From contig CM059425.1 in the NCBI GenBank assembly GCA_030390025.1, forward strand, positions 162,380,001 to 162,444,000: a stretch of 64,000 nt of DNA, read 5' to 3'. The notes beneath the pieces were generated by a model that was not told where the DNA came from, did not search any database, and saw only the letters and a program-made list of their open reading frames with translations. The first letter of the stretch is position 1; each line of letters begins with the position of its first letter. Shown piece after piece: positions 1-12,554 of the stretch. The translations under genes were made by a program, and so were the position numbers. Source of the stretch: Squalus acanthias (lineage: Eukaryota).

Positions 1-279
1 TAGTTCACTGGTCAGGAATGGCAGAAAATCAACCAGCTCTCACATGGAGCTGGATAGTAGGTTGGGAGGGAAGGGGGCTCAAACAGGCTGGTAGTGGGCC
101 AGAGTTTTTTTTTGTGGGCCTACAAATTAAAACTGAAAAATTTGAGTGGCCACCAGGTGATTATGCCGCTCAAGACCTGGTACAACTAGGCAGAGCAAGC
201 AAGCTCATTTGTACCTGAAGTTCACATTCGTGTTCCTACAGCTGCCGTAGATTCCTTATTTACATATTTTAAAAGCCGT

Positions 280-1322
280 GGCCTAGAAATTGGAGGCGTT
301 AGCGTAGCCATTAAGGCCTGTTTTGGTTAAAAAAAAGGCGGCCGCTTCACTTCCGGCGAGTCACGCGGAGGCGATCATTTTCGGCAGGTTGGCAGTGCCA
401 CCATTGCCTGCACTCACTGCAAGTATTTTAATTACCAGCAGCGTGACATCAATCGGCGTGCAATGGCGATTTGATGCACGTTCATCCATTATGGAGCTCG
501 CCGCTCCTTTTACTGCCCTCTCCAAAGCACGCCCATGCATGCAGTCGTTGACAGCGCGGAGAGGCGGGAGAAAGCAGCGGTGAGCTAGAACCCATACAAT
601 AAAGAGCTGCTGGGATAACTGTTAACTATGGAAAGCTATTGGGAGTGAAAACTGCTTCCAATGAGATGCATCAAATCTCCCCCCTGGTCAGTCAAACAGT
701 ATAGGAGGTAAACTGTACTGTACTACAGTTGTAATAATCTCAGGAAAAATCAAATTTGCATTTCCTTACATTTTATACATTGGGGTTTTCTAGTTTAAGA
801 ACTGATAAAATGATATGCAAAGTTTGGAAGTCTGCTTTGAAAAGGCTTGACATCTCCCCCTCCAGCACCATGATGGACCACAAACTGTGGAGCTATGGCA
901 GCCAGCGAAAGGTGGGAGTACCAGGCAGTCTGGCACCCATTTGTGGACCCCACACAAAACCCAGACAAATGTCCGTGAAAGTAAGAGTGGAGCCGTGGAC
1001 AAACAAATGCCTCGTGATGTGCCACAATGCACAATGCTCCAACCCTACAAGAGCCATCAGTGGACTCGATAGCAAAACCCAGGAGCCGTCACCAAATGAT
1101 CTGATACAGCACATTGCCTGAGAACGCCGCACTGAGCCTTCAGACGCGACTTTCGGCCTCATGCTGAGGTTAGCACCGGAAAGGGCACGTTGTACAACAG
1201 ATTCTCTGCTCCACACATGTAAATTAGCAGGCAGCACCAAAATAACTGCTCTTTCTGCGGGCGGCCGTTAGCTTTGGTTGCGCTGTTACTGGCAGGTTTC
1301 CGGCCTACTCGAATTTCTAGGC
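280..1322. mobile_element. Non-autonomous PIF/Harbinger-like TIR element, apparently inserted into an older MITE whose right end lies near 1477
   Basis: Terminal inverted repeats GGCCTAGAAATT (280) and AATTTCTAGGC (1312-1322), CpG-rich subtermini, and the same end motif as other MITEs in the window. No clear TSD. Confidence 0.6.
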
Positions 1323-1784
1323 ATACACCCAGGACGACTAAAAGTCAGCTGAGTCAAAATGGCATCTGACGCACTTCCAGTCCAGATCGGGTGCAACAGA
1401 TTGTGATGCAAAATATGAAGGCCTAACACCCATTGTGCGGGCGCAAAACGGGCAGCAGTAAGTTCAATTTCTTCCCCAAACTGTGTCGCATAATGTACAT
1501 GAATTCACCTTAATCAAGTTTCAGCAATTGGTACTTTGGCTTCATGATAGCTACAATATAACTACTACCAATGTGAGGTTCCCAGAAGGTCGACTGCCCC
1601 ACTCTCTTTGTTAACATTAAAATTTTGCCATTATTTAAGTGTAACTTTGCGATTGGATACAAGCACACAAAGGCACATATCTATTTTGTCTAGTCAGAGT
1701 GGTTTAGATTGAGCAACATAACTCTAGTCTTCCAGACTGCATTTGTTCTAGCTTTACAACCTTCTGGACTGGACATTGAGTTCC

Positions 1785-2165
1785 ACAATTTCAGATCATA
1801 ACCACAGCTGCCATTTTTTCCCAGACAGTAGGTGCTGGTAATGGTTCTGCTGTTGCCAATTATAGCTCCTCTAGACCCAGCTTCTGTTTCTTTACTTGTT
1901 CCATTACCACCCCTATTTGCCTTGCAAAATCGCCCCTTTTGTCATTTAATCTCACGTGCCCTCCAACCTAACACAGACCTTCCCTTTTGTTCTTTCCTCC
2001 CCTCCCCTCTTTCCCTGCCTCTGTACTTGCTTGAAAACTGTTACATCTCTAACTTCTTCCAGTTCTGACGAAAGGTCATCGACCTGAAACGTTAACTCTG
2101 TTTCTTTCTCCACAGATGCTGCCTGACCTGCTGAGTATTTCCAGCATTTTCTCTTTTCATTTTGT
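1785..2165 (+). mobile_element. Penelope-like element 3' end / pseudo-LTR remnant
   Basis: Pyrimidine-rich body followed by a hammerhead core and the tail CCACAGATGCTGCCTGACCTGCTGAGTATTTCCAGCATTTT, which I recognise from shark PLE-derived repeats. Confidence 0.6.
2061..2097 (+). ncRNA. Minimal type I hammerhead ribozyme motif
   Basis: AGUU-CUGACGA-A-AGGUC-auc-GACCU-GAAA-CG-UU-AACU: conserved cores, helix II AGGUC/GACCU, helix I AGUU/AACU, palindromic ACGU at helix III. Confidence 0.7.
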
Positions 2166-2974
2166 TCTAGGCAGTTACTGGACTCAAACTAGTATCTGTA
2201 GTATACCTGTGCCTCCACTTTGTACTGGTCACGAACAGGTTTATAACGACGCCTTAGGGTGATTCACTCTGATGTTCTTTCCTTCTCAGTGAATAATTGT
2301 CTAGTCTTTGGTAAATGTCTTTCAGCACATCTGAGATCAGGAACATATCACGTGGAGAACTGTGGACACTAAACCACTCACTCCATGGCACAGTGCAGCT
2401 AGTTCAGTAAGCCTTCTATTGCCTATTTGTTGGTTCGTACAGTGTGAGTAAAAGTTGTGAATGAAACATTTTTCTTACTTATCACTGCTTACACTTAAGT
2501 TTAGGGCAAAATTCAAAGAAAGCCACATTCATTCTGCTGCCTGTCATTTTTAATTGTGAGCTTGTAAAAGAAAATGCAGTTTCTAGCTGGAATACTTTAG
2601 AATATAGAAACATTTAAAGAATGTATATTAAAGAAATTAGATGTTAGTCTGTTTTAAAATCCATCCTGGGTAAAGCTATAAAAAAGCATGATTTAATATG
2701 TAAGAAAACTGTGTGCTATAATTAGCTTCCAAATCATTGCTGAAATAATATGGAAACAAAATATTTCCAAAGCAGGTGGAACTAATTTTGAACCTGGAAA
2801 CAGAATTTTCAGCTTGAACCCTTTGTGTACTTTAAGACTTTTCACTTTCCCTTCTGCAAAGGTTTTCTGACAATTGCTGAAGGTGACGGTTATAAATAAC
2901 AATATAACTAATTAATACATTTATATAGCACTTTACCACATCACAGGACATTAAAGGTAGCACCTTAAATTGAT

Positions 2975-3255
2975 AAGGTTGTCAAAAAGCCAAATTGAAT
3001 TCTAGGCTTTATCTCAGGAGGAATGGAGGAATAGAATATAAAAGCCAAGGGGTAATGATGAGCCTATTTAAAATCTTAATAAGACCTCAGTTAAAGTAGT
3101 GTGTGCAGCATTGCTCCACACTATAGGAAGGATATTGAGGCTTTACAGAGGGTACAATGCAGATTCACTTGAATGCTGCCTCGTATGAGGAAATATGAAT
3201 ATGATGAAAGACTTGAAAAATTGGGTCTTTTTTCATTAGAACAATACAGATTATG
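2975..3255 (+). mobile_element. Decayed CR1 LINE ORF2 C-terminal fragment
   Basis: Degenerate similarity to the 'LVRPHLEYCVQFW...DIEALQRVQ...YEERL' region of the younger CR1 copies in this window. Confidence 0.6.
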
Positions 3256-3261
3256 AGCCAA

Positions 3262-3940
3262 TATTAAATTCCCCCTCAGCCTTCTCTTCTCGAGAGGAAT
3301 GTTAGGTTAGACAGTCCTTCTACATAACCCAACCTTCTAAGTTTCAGAATCAGCCACACAGCCTTCCTCTGGACTCCTTCTATAATCCTATATTGTTTCT
3401 CTAATATGGAGACCAAAACTAAACAAATTACTCTACAGCTCCTTTGACTTATTAAGTCATACTGCTAGCTAATCATTCCAACATTTTTTTTTGCTTTCTT
3501 GATTGGTTCAAAGGCATTCGCTTTGCAGACCTTTCTTTCAAAATCCCATCAAATACGTTACTATTTAACATGTACTCCACATTCTTACGCGTGCCTAATC
3601 TCATGACTTCACGCTTATCTGTTTTGAACTCCATCTGCTACTCTGCTCATTGATCCAGCCTGTCTAGATCCTATTGAATTATTGCACATAGATTCATAAC
3701 ATTGGCCACTCTACCCAATTTGGTATCATCTACAAACTTAAGATACTTTGAACAATATTTTGTTCTTCAAGTCACATAAAAATTATAAACAACAATGATC
3801 ACAACACCGACCCTTATAGAACCGGTTTCCACTGACAACTCCCCATGTGCCACCACTCTTTTCTGTCTACCTTACAGCTCTGCACCAATCTAGCCTAATA
3901 CTTTTCCAGCTATCCCATAGGCACATAACCTTGTGAATTA
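3262..3940 (-). mobile_element. Decayed CR1 LINE RT fragment
   Basis: Minus strand reads AAGTTTGTAGATGATACCAAATTG (KFVDDTKL) near 3720-3740, with other degenerate CR1 ORF2 motifs. Confidence 0.6.
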
Positions 3941-3944
3941 TTTA

Positions 3945-4160
3945 AGAAGGAATGTTGGCCAAGACACCAGGAGAATGCCCTGCTCTTCTGGGATCTTTCA
4001 CATCAACTGGAACAAGCAGACATTGGTTTAAAGTCTCATCGAAAGGATGGCACTTCCGACAATGCACCACTACTTCACTACTGTACTGGAGTGTCAGCCA
4101 AGATCAATAGGTCAAACCTTGATATCTATAATCTTCTGAATCAGGGGCAAGAGTGCTGCT
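3945..4160 (-). mobile_element. Deu-domain SINE (SacSINE1-like), partial
   Basis: TTGGCCAAGACACCAGGAGAATGCCCTGCTCTT...GGGATCTTT...GTCTCATCGAAAGGATGGCAC matches the copies at 19840, 35066 and 57680. Confidence 0.65.
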
Positions 4161-5700
4161 AATATACATGCAGAGAACAGCATTCAGAACTTACATTCAG
4201 AGAATACATTCAGAGCTCCCAAATGTTTAGTGGGTAAATCTGCTATGCTGACCTAGCTGATTTGAGCTGTCTTCCGTGTCCCTAGGCTCGGTAGGAAGGA
4301 ATCAGCCCACCTTCTCCCTCCAGATCACTATCAAGTGACTCCTGCTGCAACGTGCCTGTGTATGGATGTCAGGTATGAGGTATGCTTTACCTACATGCCT
4401 CCCCCAAAACAATGGTCTGGTAACCTTCCAATACTCACACGTGGGCTCACACACAGAGTGGTTACTTGTCCACTGGAGGGCATTCAGCACTGTGCAGAAC
4501 CATAAGCACTGTTCATTCCAAGCAAACACCAGTTATGGATTAACTATTTTTGTTACATAAATGACATTTTAACTGCCATTTCAGCCATAAATATAGTGCA
4601 ACAAACATGTGCACAATGAAAAACATATTTCTTTTTTGTTTAACCTGTAACATTTTAATAGTATTCAACGTATTAAATCGTATCGACTCTCAGAAAAAGT
4701 AACCCCTTTTGTGGATTAATCTTTTAAAAAATAATTGTAAATGTTTTTGATTTTGGTGCAGAATTATGACAGCAGTTCTCTAAAGAGCAGTGCTGGGCTT
4801 TAGTAGGCCATCTGAAGATCAAACTAACCGAAAAAGACAATGCTCTACAGAGGCTTGTTCTAAATAGACAGCCCAATGTGGCTGAAGACTATGAAAGCTA
4901 TGCAATGAATCTACTTTAACTGTAGGACACAAAAGCACTCCCAGGCAGACTGCCCCTTATCCCCCTTTGTATGTCTCAAAGTAACCCAGATAATAGCTAT
5001 AATATCTCACCTACATTTGGAAAAGTTTTGGAGAACTGGAGCAGCAAAGTTAGTATTAAATTCTGCATCATTCTAACCTCAGGATGTTGCAAAATGAACC
5101 AGATTTTACAACTGACTTTTAAGAGGTGCTCTGATTATTGGGGCCCTAATAATGTTAAAGAAGCCTTACTTTTACTTTTATACCAGTCTGGTTTGTTTCA
5201 AATTAATTCAACAGCTCCAAACTGTTCTTTACTGTGTCATTAAACATAAAGTTTGAACGAATATGGTCTAGTATCTTCACACTGTTATGGTCAGTATGGG
5301 TTTGAACCATGGTTACTATTTGAGCCTGTATAATGGGTTTAACAGCTAGTTCTTTGGTCATCGGTGGGATATTCACGGAACAAAAGAAAAAATAATTTAA
5401 AAGGACTAGCACCATGGTTTTGTCTTGATCCATGGAAACATACCCATACTAGTCAAACCATAAAAATAAAACAGATTTAATTAGCTCTGAAAGGCTTCCA
5501 AGCTTCTGGCTCACTCTTACGGTTGCAGGAACAGGTATGATGGGAAGCAACTATGAAGGCGTGTAAACTTCTAAGAAATGACAAAAATTCAACACTACAA
5601 AACAGTTTTGGTGGTCCTTTGAAAAAGACAGTTAATATCTACATTTATGTGTGCTATCCTGAAGGTAATTCCAAACGCTGTGCTCCTGTTTAAATTCTAA

Positions 5701-6273
5701 GGGGGAAAAATTTGGTTGCTTTGCGCCTCCCGTTAGCGCCCTAACGGGGCGCAAAGCAACTTGCACCCGGGCGCGGCACCGCCAACGCCTCCCGCGAAAT
5801 TCAGTGGGAGATTAGCGGCGGCGCTAACCGTTAGCACCCTGCCGCCGGCGATGACGTCATCACCGTGTGCAGCGCTCCGGCCGCGATCTTTAGTAGCGCC
5901 CCCTGACTTACCGCCGGATGCTATGTCCGACGGGGTCAGGGGGACCTACCTGCGGCTGGGGCAGCGCTATTTAAAGGCGAGGTGCTGGGCGGCCATTTTT
6001 GTTGCTGGCCGCCTGCCAGCACCTGCCTCTGCTGCCGTCCCCGGCCTCCTTACCCGCCCCCCCGCGGAGTGCCGGCTGCGCTCCATGAGCCCGGCACTAC
6101 TTTTGAGTGCCGGGCTCTTTTGCTGGCAGTCCCGATCCCCGGGGGCCCAGGCTTCCAGTAGCGCCCCGCTTCCCTCTTGGGGCACTACCACTCAATTTCG
6201 GTTGCGGGGACGCTAATTTTTCTGAGGCACTAAAAGTAGCGCCCCAAAGGGGGCGCGACTCAATTTTTTGCCC
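5701..6273 (+). mobile_element. Harbinger-like MITE, family A
   Basis: TIRs GGGGGAAAAATTTG / CAATTTTTTGCCC, TAGCGCC-rich subtermini, and shared GGCGATGACGTCATCACCGTGTGCAGCG with the 24903 copy. Confidence 0.75.
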
Positions 6274-7490
6274 TATTTATATTAGAGAATTGAGCCTGTT
6301 CTCCTGCTGTTAAATATGCCCCATTTATACCGTGCCGGCAACTGAGGCCTCAGATGGCAGACCCACTGCGAGTACTGCTGGCAATAACCTTTGCCAACAC
6401 TAGCATTTTCTCATCGGAGGCCCTTTCAAAACCTTCTCCCGAAGGGGATTTGGTGCTTTTGTAGAGTAGTTCTGGGTCATTTATATAAAAAAAATGCAGC
6501 CAACAGCACTTTTGCTGTCAGATCACAATCCTGTACAGTAAATAGGGTATGAGCATTCCTCTCTACAAGCAATGTTGAGCAATTAGCAGACAAAATAAAT
6601 TACATATGTGGATGGTTATATGTCCATGTAGTTAGTGAAACTTAAGCCACCTCTCCATCACTGTGCTTGTAATAGTTTAAATGGCAACTATCTTCATGGA
6701 CAATTATTTGGGGAGCAACAGGACAGGAAAAGTTGTGTCATTTTTGTCCTGATGAGATATTGCACTACTGCTGTGATGTAGTTACATAAAATTTACTTCA
6801 TTGTGTTATATATTTTTTTTAAAGGTTTTCCACACTATTTTTCTTGAAGCTGGTACTCTATTAAATAACTTGTCTCAGAGTAGGTAAAGCAAAATCAATT
6901 ATTTTGATGGTGATTTTTTAAAAATTCATTATTTTATCATTGATGTAATTCAAACACAGAGTAAAGGTTAAAATCGCTGTCAAACTGTACAGAACTAACA
7001 GTGAGAGTAGCAGCTGCTATTGAGATGTGGGAGCAATGGCTATGTTTGCATTGTGCTGGTGAACAAATCTGACTGCAGGATTGAGATGATCTAAGCAGAA
7101 AACTGCAAGGAACAAAGCTGAGATAGAGGTACGGTACATCCACAAGATGCAAAAATTGCTGGTAGAGACTGGGGAAGAGCAGGACACAGGATACATTCAG
7201 GAGATGAAAATGGACAGAGCCGAGCATCACAAAGATAAAAATTGAAAGATAGAGCCAGGAGATGGAAAAGAAATGGGAGATCACAACAATATGTCTAGGT
7301 GATGGAGGGGAGAACCCACAAAGCACAGGAACAGAGCCAGAAGGTGAAAAAGGACTGAGCCAGCAAATAGCTGGAACAGTAAAACAACAATTAAAAACAA
7401 AAGAGACAAATGGAGAGATAAACAGTGTTAATGGGATACAGATATAGAAATATTTTTTAAAATCTGAACAAATAGAGATTGTGGGTAACA

Positions 7491-7985
7491 GAAACATAGA
7501 AGATAGGAGCAGGAGTAGGCCATTCGGCCCCTCTAGCCTGCTCCGCCATTCAATGCGATCATGGCTGATCATCCAAATTCAGAACCCTGTCCCTGCTTTC
7601 TCCCCATATCCCTTGATCCCTTTAGCCTTAAGAAATATATCCAACTCCTTCTTGAATATATTTAATGAATTGGCCTCTACTGCCTTCTGTGGTAGAGAAT
7701 TCCACAGGTTCACCACTCTCTGGGTGAAGAAATTCCTCCTCATTTCTGTCCTAAATGGCTTACCCCTTATCCTTAGACTGTGACCCCTGGTTCTGGACTC
7801 CCCGACCATCGGGAACATCCTTCCTGCATCTAGTCTGTCCAGTCCTTTCAGAATTTTATAAGTTTCAATGAGATCCCCTCTCATTCTTCTAAACTCCAGC
7901 GAGTATAAGCCAATCGACCCAATCTCTCTTCATACGTCATTCCTGCCATCCCAGGTATCAGCCTTGTGAATCTTCGCTGAACTCC
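7491..7985 (-). mobile_element. CR1 LINE 3' end
   Basis: ORF 7579-7884 MRGDLIETYKIL...RNFFTQRVVNLWNSLP is the CR1 ORF2 C-terminus; AGAAACATAGAA tail. Confidence 0.9.
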
Positions 7986-7989
7986 TGCT

Positions 7990-8342
7990 GTACATGGTCC
8001 ATGTCTCTGAAGCATACAGGAGGGTGGGTATCACTACTGCTCTGTAGACCATGAGCTTGGTGCTGAGTTTGAGGTCCTGGTCTTCAAACACTCTCTTCCT
8101 CAGGTGACCGAAGGCTGCACTGGCACACTGAAGGCGGTGTTGGACTTCGTCATCGCGTCTGCCCTTGTTGACAGTAGACTCCCAAAGTATGGAAAGTGGT
8201 CCACGTTGTCCAAGGCCTCGTCATGGATTTTGATAATTGGGGAGCAGTACTGTGTGGCGAGGGCAGGTTGGTAGAGGACCTTTGTCTTACGGATGTTTAG
8301 TATAAGGCCCATGCTCTCGTACGCTTCGGTGAAGGTGTTAGA
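7990..8342 (-). mobile_element. RTE-clade LINE, RT C-terminal part (continuation of 10133-12172)
   Basis: FTEAYESMGLILNIRKTKVLYQP...VDHFPYFGSLLS; joins across the CR1 insertion to ...GAACTCCAAACCATC. Confidence 0.85.
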
Positions 8343-10132
8343 CATAGAAACATAGAAAAATAGGAGCAGGAGTAGGCCATTCGGCCCTTCGAGCCTGCTC
8401 CGCCATTCAATATGATCATGGCTGATCCTCTATCTCAATACCATATTCCCGCTCTCTCCCCATACCCCTTGATGCCTTTTGTGTCTAGAAATCTATCTAT
8501 CTCCTTCTTAAATATATCCTTGTATATAGCTTGTAAAATTAAATAAATCTGTTGGACTATAACCTGGTGTTGTGCGACTTCTCATTTAAATATAACCAGT
8601 GACTTGGCCTCCACAGCCTTCTGTGGTAGAGAATTCCACAGGTTCACCACCCTCTGAGTGAAGAAATTTCTCCTCATCTCAGTCCTAAATGTCCTACCCC
8701 GTAACCTGAGACTGTGACCCCTTGTTCTAGACCCCCAGCCAGGGGAAACATCCTCCCTGCATCCAGTCTGTCTAGCCCTGTCAGAATTTTATATGTTTCA
8801 ATGAGATCCCCTCTCATTCTTCTAAACTCTAGTGAATACAGGCCTAGTCGACCCAATCTCTGCTCATATGACAGTCCTGCCATCCCAGGAATCCATTTGG
8901 TGAATGTTCGCTGCACTCCCTCTATGGCAAGTATATCCTTTCTTAGGTAAGGAGATCAAAACTGCACACAGTATTCCAGGTGTGGTCTCACCAAGGCCCT
9001 GTACAACTGTAGTAAGACATCCTTGCTCCTGTACTCAAATCCTCTTGCAATGAAGGCCAACATACCATTTGCCTTCCTAACTGCTTGCTGCACCTGCATG
9101 TTTGCTTTCAGTGACTGGTGTACAAGGACACCCAGGTCCCTCTGTACATCAGCATTTCCTAATCTATCACCATTTAAATAATACTCTACCTTTCTGTTTT
9201 TCCTACCGAAGTGGATAACTTCACATTTATCCACGTTATACTGCATCTGCCATGTATTTGCCCACTCACTCAACTTGTCTAAATCGCCTTGAAGCCACTT
9301 TGCATCCTCCTCACAACTCACAATCCCACCTAGTTTCATGTCGTCAGCAAACTTGGAAATATTACATTCGATTCCCTCATCCAAATCATTGATATATATT
9401 GCGAATAGCTGGGCCCAAGCACTGATCCCTGCAGTGCCCCACTAGTCACCGCCTGCCACCCTGAAAAAGACCCATTAATTCCTACTCTCTGTTTCCTGTC
9501 TGTTAACCAATTTTCAATCCATGCCAGTATATTACCCCCAATCCCATGTGCTTTAATTTTGCACACTAACCTATTATGTTGGACTTTATCAAAGGCCTTC
9601 TGAAAATCCAAATACACCACATCCACTGGTTCTCCCTTATCTATTCTACCAGTTACATCCTCAAAAAACTCCAGTAGGTTTGTCAAACATGATTTTCCTT
9701 TCATAAATTCATGTTGACTTTGTCTAATCCCGTTGATATTTTCTAAGTGTCCTGTTATCACATCCTTTATAATAGACTCGAGCATTTTCCCTACTACTGA
9801 TGTTAGGCTAACCGGTCTGTAGTTCCCGGTTTTCTCTCTCCCTCCTTTTTTAAATAGTTACATTTGCCACCCTCCAATCTGTAGGAACTGTTCCATAATC
9901 TATAGAATTTTGGAAGATGACAACCAATGCATCCACTATTTCCATGGCTACCTCTTTTAGTACTCTGGGATGCAGGTTATCAGGCCCTGGGGATTTATCA
10001 ACTTTCAGTCCCATTAATTTCTCCAGCACTATTTTTTTACTAATACTAATTTCCTTTAATTCCTCCTTCTCACTAGACCCTTGGTTCCCGAGCATTTCTG
10101 GGAAGTTATTTGTGTCCTCTTCCATGAAGACA
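8343..10132 (-). mobile_element. 5'-truncated CR1 LINE inserted into the RTE element
   Basis: KSPGPDNLHPRVLKE, YLDFQKAFDKV, QGSVLGP, KFADD and LVRPHLEYCVQF across frameshifted ORFs; (CATAGAAA)2 tail at 8343. Confidence 0.95.
8517..8585 (+). mobile_element. Very short Penelope-like pLTR fragment inserted into CR1
   Basis: AATAAATCTGTTGGACTATAACCTGGTGTTGTGCGACTTCTCATTT matches 40325-40372; flanked by direct repeat TTAAATATA (8508-8516, 8586-8594). Confidence 0.8.
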
Positions 10133-12172
10133 GATGGTTTGGAGTTCGACCTCAGAGTGTGCGCAGATGCAAGCACGTCTGCATACTGTAATTCGATGAA
10201 AGAGGATGGGACGACCTTGGGTCTTGACTGGAGACGATGGAGGCTGAACAGTTTCCCGTTTGTTCTGTAGATTAGCCCCACTCCAGCGGGGAGCTTACTG
10301 AGGGTGAGATGGAGCATTGCAGCCAGGAAGCTCGAGAAGAGCGTTGGTGCAATGACACAGCCTTGCTTGACCCCGGTCCGTACGTGAATTGGGTCTGTGG
10401 TGGATCCATTAGTCAGGATCACGGCTTGCATGTCGTCGTGAAGCAGGCGGAGGATGGTGACAAACTTTTGAGGGCAGCTGAATTTGAGGAGGACACTCCA
10501 TAATCCCTCATGGTTCATGGTGTCGAAGGCCTTTATGAGGTCAAAGAAAGCCATGTACAGCGGTTGGTGCTGTTCCCTGCATTTCTCTTGTATTTGACGC
10601 GCGGTGAAGATCATGTCCATTGTGCCCCTTAGTGGGCGGAATCCGCATTGCGACTCTGGGAGGAGCTCTTCAGCCACTGGGAGAAGGCGATTGAGGAGGA
10701 TTCTTGCGATGACTTTCCCTGTGGCAGACAGCAGGGAGACTCCTCTGTAATTACCTCAATCGGACTCGTCGCCTTTCTTGAAGATGGTCATGATTACGGC
10801 GTCTGAGATCCCCTGGCATGCTCTCCTCCTTCCAAATAAGAGAAATGAGTTCATGTATTTGCGCCAATAGTGCTTCTCCGCCATGATTTAGCGCCTCGGC
10901 GGGGATTCCATCTGCTCCTGAGGCCTTGTTGTCCTTCAGTTGTCGGATGGCCTTTTCAACCTCATGCCGGGCTGGGGTTGTGCTGAGGTGGTGACGGGTA
11001 GCATGCTGCTGGATGGAGTTGAGGACACTCGTGTCGAAGACAGATTCTCGGTTAAGGAGATCTTCGAAGTGCTCCTTCCAGCGGACACTGACTGCCTCTC
11101 TGTCCTTGATGAGTACATCTCCGTTTTTGGCCCGCAGTGGTGTAGGACCTTGGGTGCTTGGGCCGTAGGTGGTCTTGACTGCGCTGAAGAATCCATGCAC
11201 GTCATGGTTGTCGACAAGCTGCTGGATCTCCTGCGCTTTCTCCACCCACCATCTGTTCTTTAGGTCACGAGTTTTTTGTTGGACCTCGGCCTTCAGGCGT
11301 CTGTAGAGCTGCTTTCTTGCTCTCGAGTTCTGTTGCTGTTTCCAGATCAGGAATGCCTTGCGCTTGCGGCTTATTAGCTCCTGGATCTCCTGGTCGTTCT
11401 CGTCGAACCAGTCTTGGTGTTTCCTGGTCGAGTGACTGAGCATCTCTTTCACAGGTGCTGATTATGGAGGCCTTGAGTGCAGACCAGGCGCTGTGGACAC
11501 TCTGTGTCTCTGCATCACTGGCAGTCGTCAAGTTGGTTGTGAGGCGCAGGCTGAATAGGGTCTTCGAGTGCTCCAGCGTTGATTTTCCTGCGTCATTGCT
11601 TCTGTTGCTGCCGCTGTTTTCGGGCTACGTTGATGGAGATGACAGAGCGGATTAGGCGGTGATCTGTCCAGCAGTCGTCAGCTCCTGTCATGGCGCGGGT
11701 GATGCAGACGTCCTTGCGCTCCCTCGGTCGGACGATGACGTAGTCCAGCAGATGCCAGTGCTTGGAGCGAGGGTGTTGCCATGAAGCCTTGTACTTGTCT
11801 CTCTGACGGAACAAGGTGTTGGTTATGACAAGGCCATGTTCTAAGCATTTCGTCAGGAGGAGGGTACCGTTGGAGTTAGCTTTCCCTACCCCCTATCTGC
11901 CGATCACACCTCCCCAGAGGTCTGTGTCCTTTCCAACTCTGGCGTTAAAGTCGCCAAGGAGGATCAGCTTGTCGCCCGTTGGGACTCGGGACAGGGATTG
12001 TTTGAGGCTGGAGTAGAATTCCTCTTTGGTCTCGTCTGTGGCTTCCAGTGTTGGGGCGTACGCACTGATGACCGTAGCGCACTGGTTCCGGGCTGGGGTG
12101 AGCCGTAGAGTCATGAGGCATTCGTTTATTCCACAAGGGGAGTCTCTGAGACATTCAACTAGCTCATTTTTG
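10133..12172 (-). mobile_element. RTE-clade LINE ORF2 (APE endonuclease plus RT), frameshifted
   Basis: ISAYAPT, ILLGDFNARVG, SWQHPRSKHWHLLDY, TDHRL (endonuclease); LPESQCGFR, GVKQGCVIAPTLF, LQYAD (RT). Confidence 0.95.
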
Positions 12173-12339
12173 GTAAGGGGATCCAAGACGATTGGAGACC
12201 AGGCTCTGCTACATCAGCTTAGCACACACACACAAACATACTCCTACTGTCCTCCTCCCTCCTTCCCGCAGGTCCTCTCTGCCTGGGTTTCATAAGCTGC
12301 AGTGTGGTCCTCCCGACCCCGCTGATGGTCCATGCTGCG

Positions 12340-12545
12340 CCTCTCTGGGGCCTCGACCTTGCTGCTGGGCTCGTCCTCGCTCCTGGGCCCCGACCTCGCT
12401 CCTGGGCCTTGACCTCGCTCCTGGGCCCCGTCCTCGCCCTCGACCTCGCCCCTGGGCCTCGTCCTCACCCTAGACCTCGCCCCTGGGCCTCGTTCTCACC
12501 CTTGACCTCGCCCCTGGGACTCGTCCTCGCTCCTGGGTCCCAACC
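12340..12545. repeat. Degenerate GC-rich tandem repeat (CCTCGCYCCTGGGCC-based)
   Basis: Repeated CTCGCTCCTGGGCC / GACCTCGCCCCTGGG units. Confidence 0.8.
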
Positions 12546-12554
12546 TCCTTATAG

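Noticed and set aside
5701..6273. CpG-island promoter with a 151-aa ORF
   Set aside because: Bounded by TIRs and homologous to three other MITE copies in the window.
6937..7572. 211-aa hydrophobic 'membrane protein' ORF
   Set aside because: Antisense of a purine-rich tract, starting inside a CR1 tail; no recognisable domain.
9850..10677. Apparent novel RT fusion ORF (275 aa)
   Set aside because: Read-through across the RTE/CR1 insertion junction; the catalytic motif is broken (YADV).
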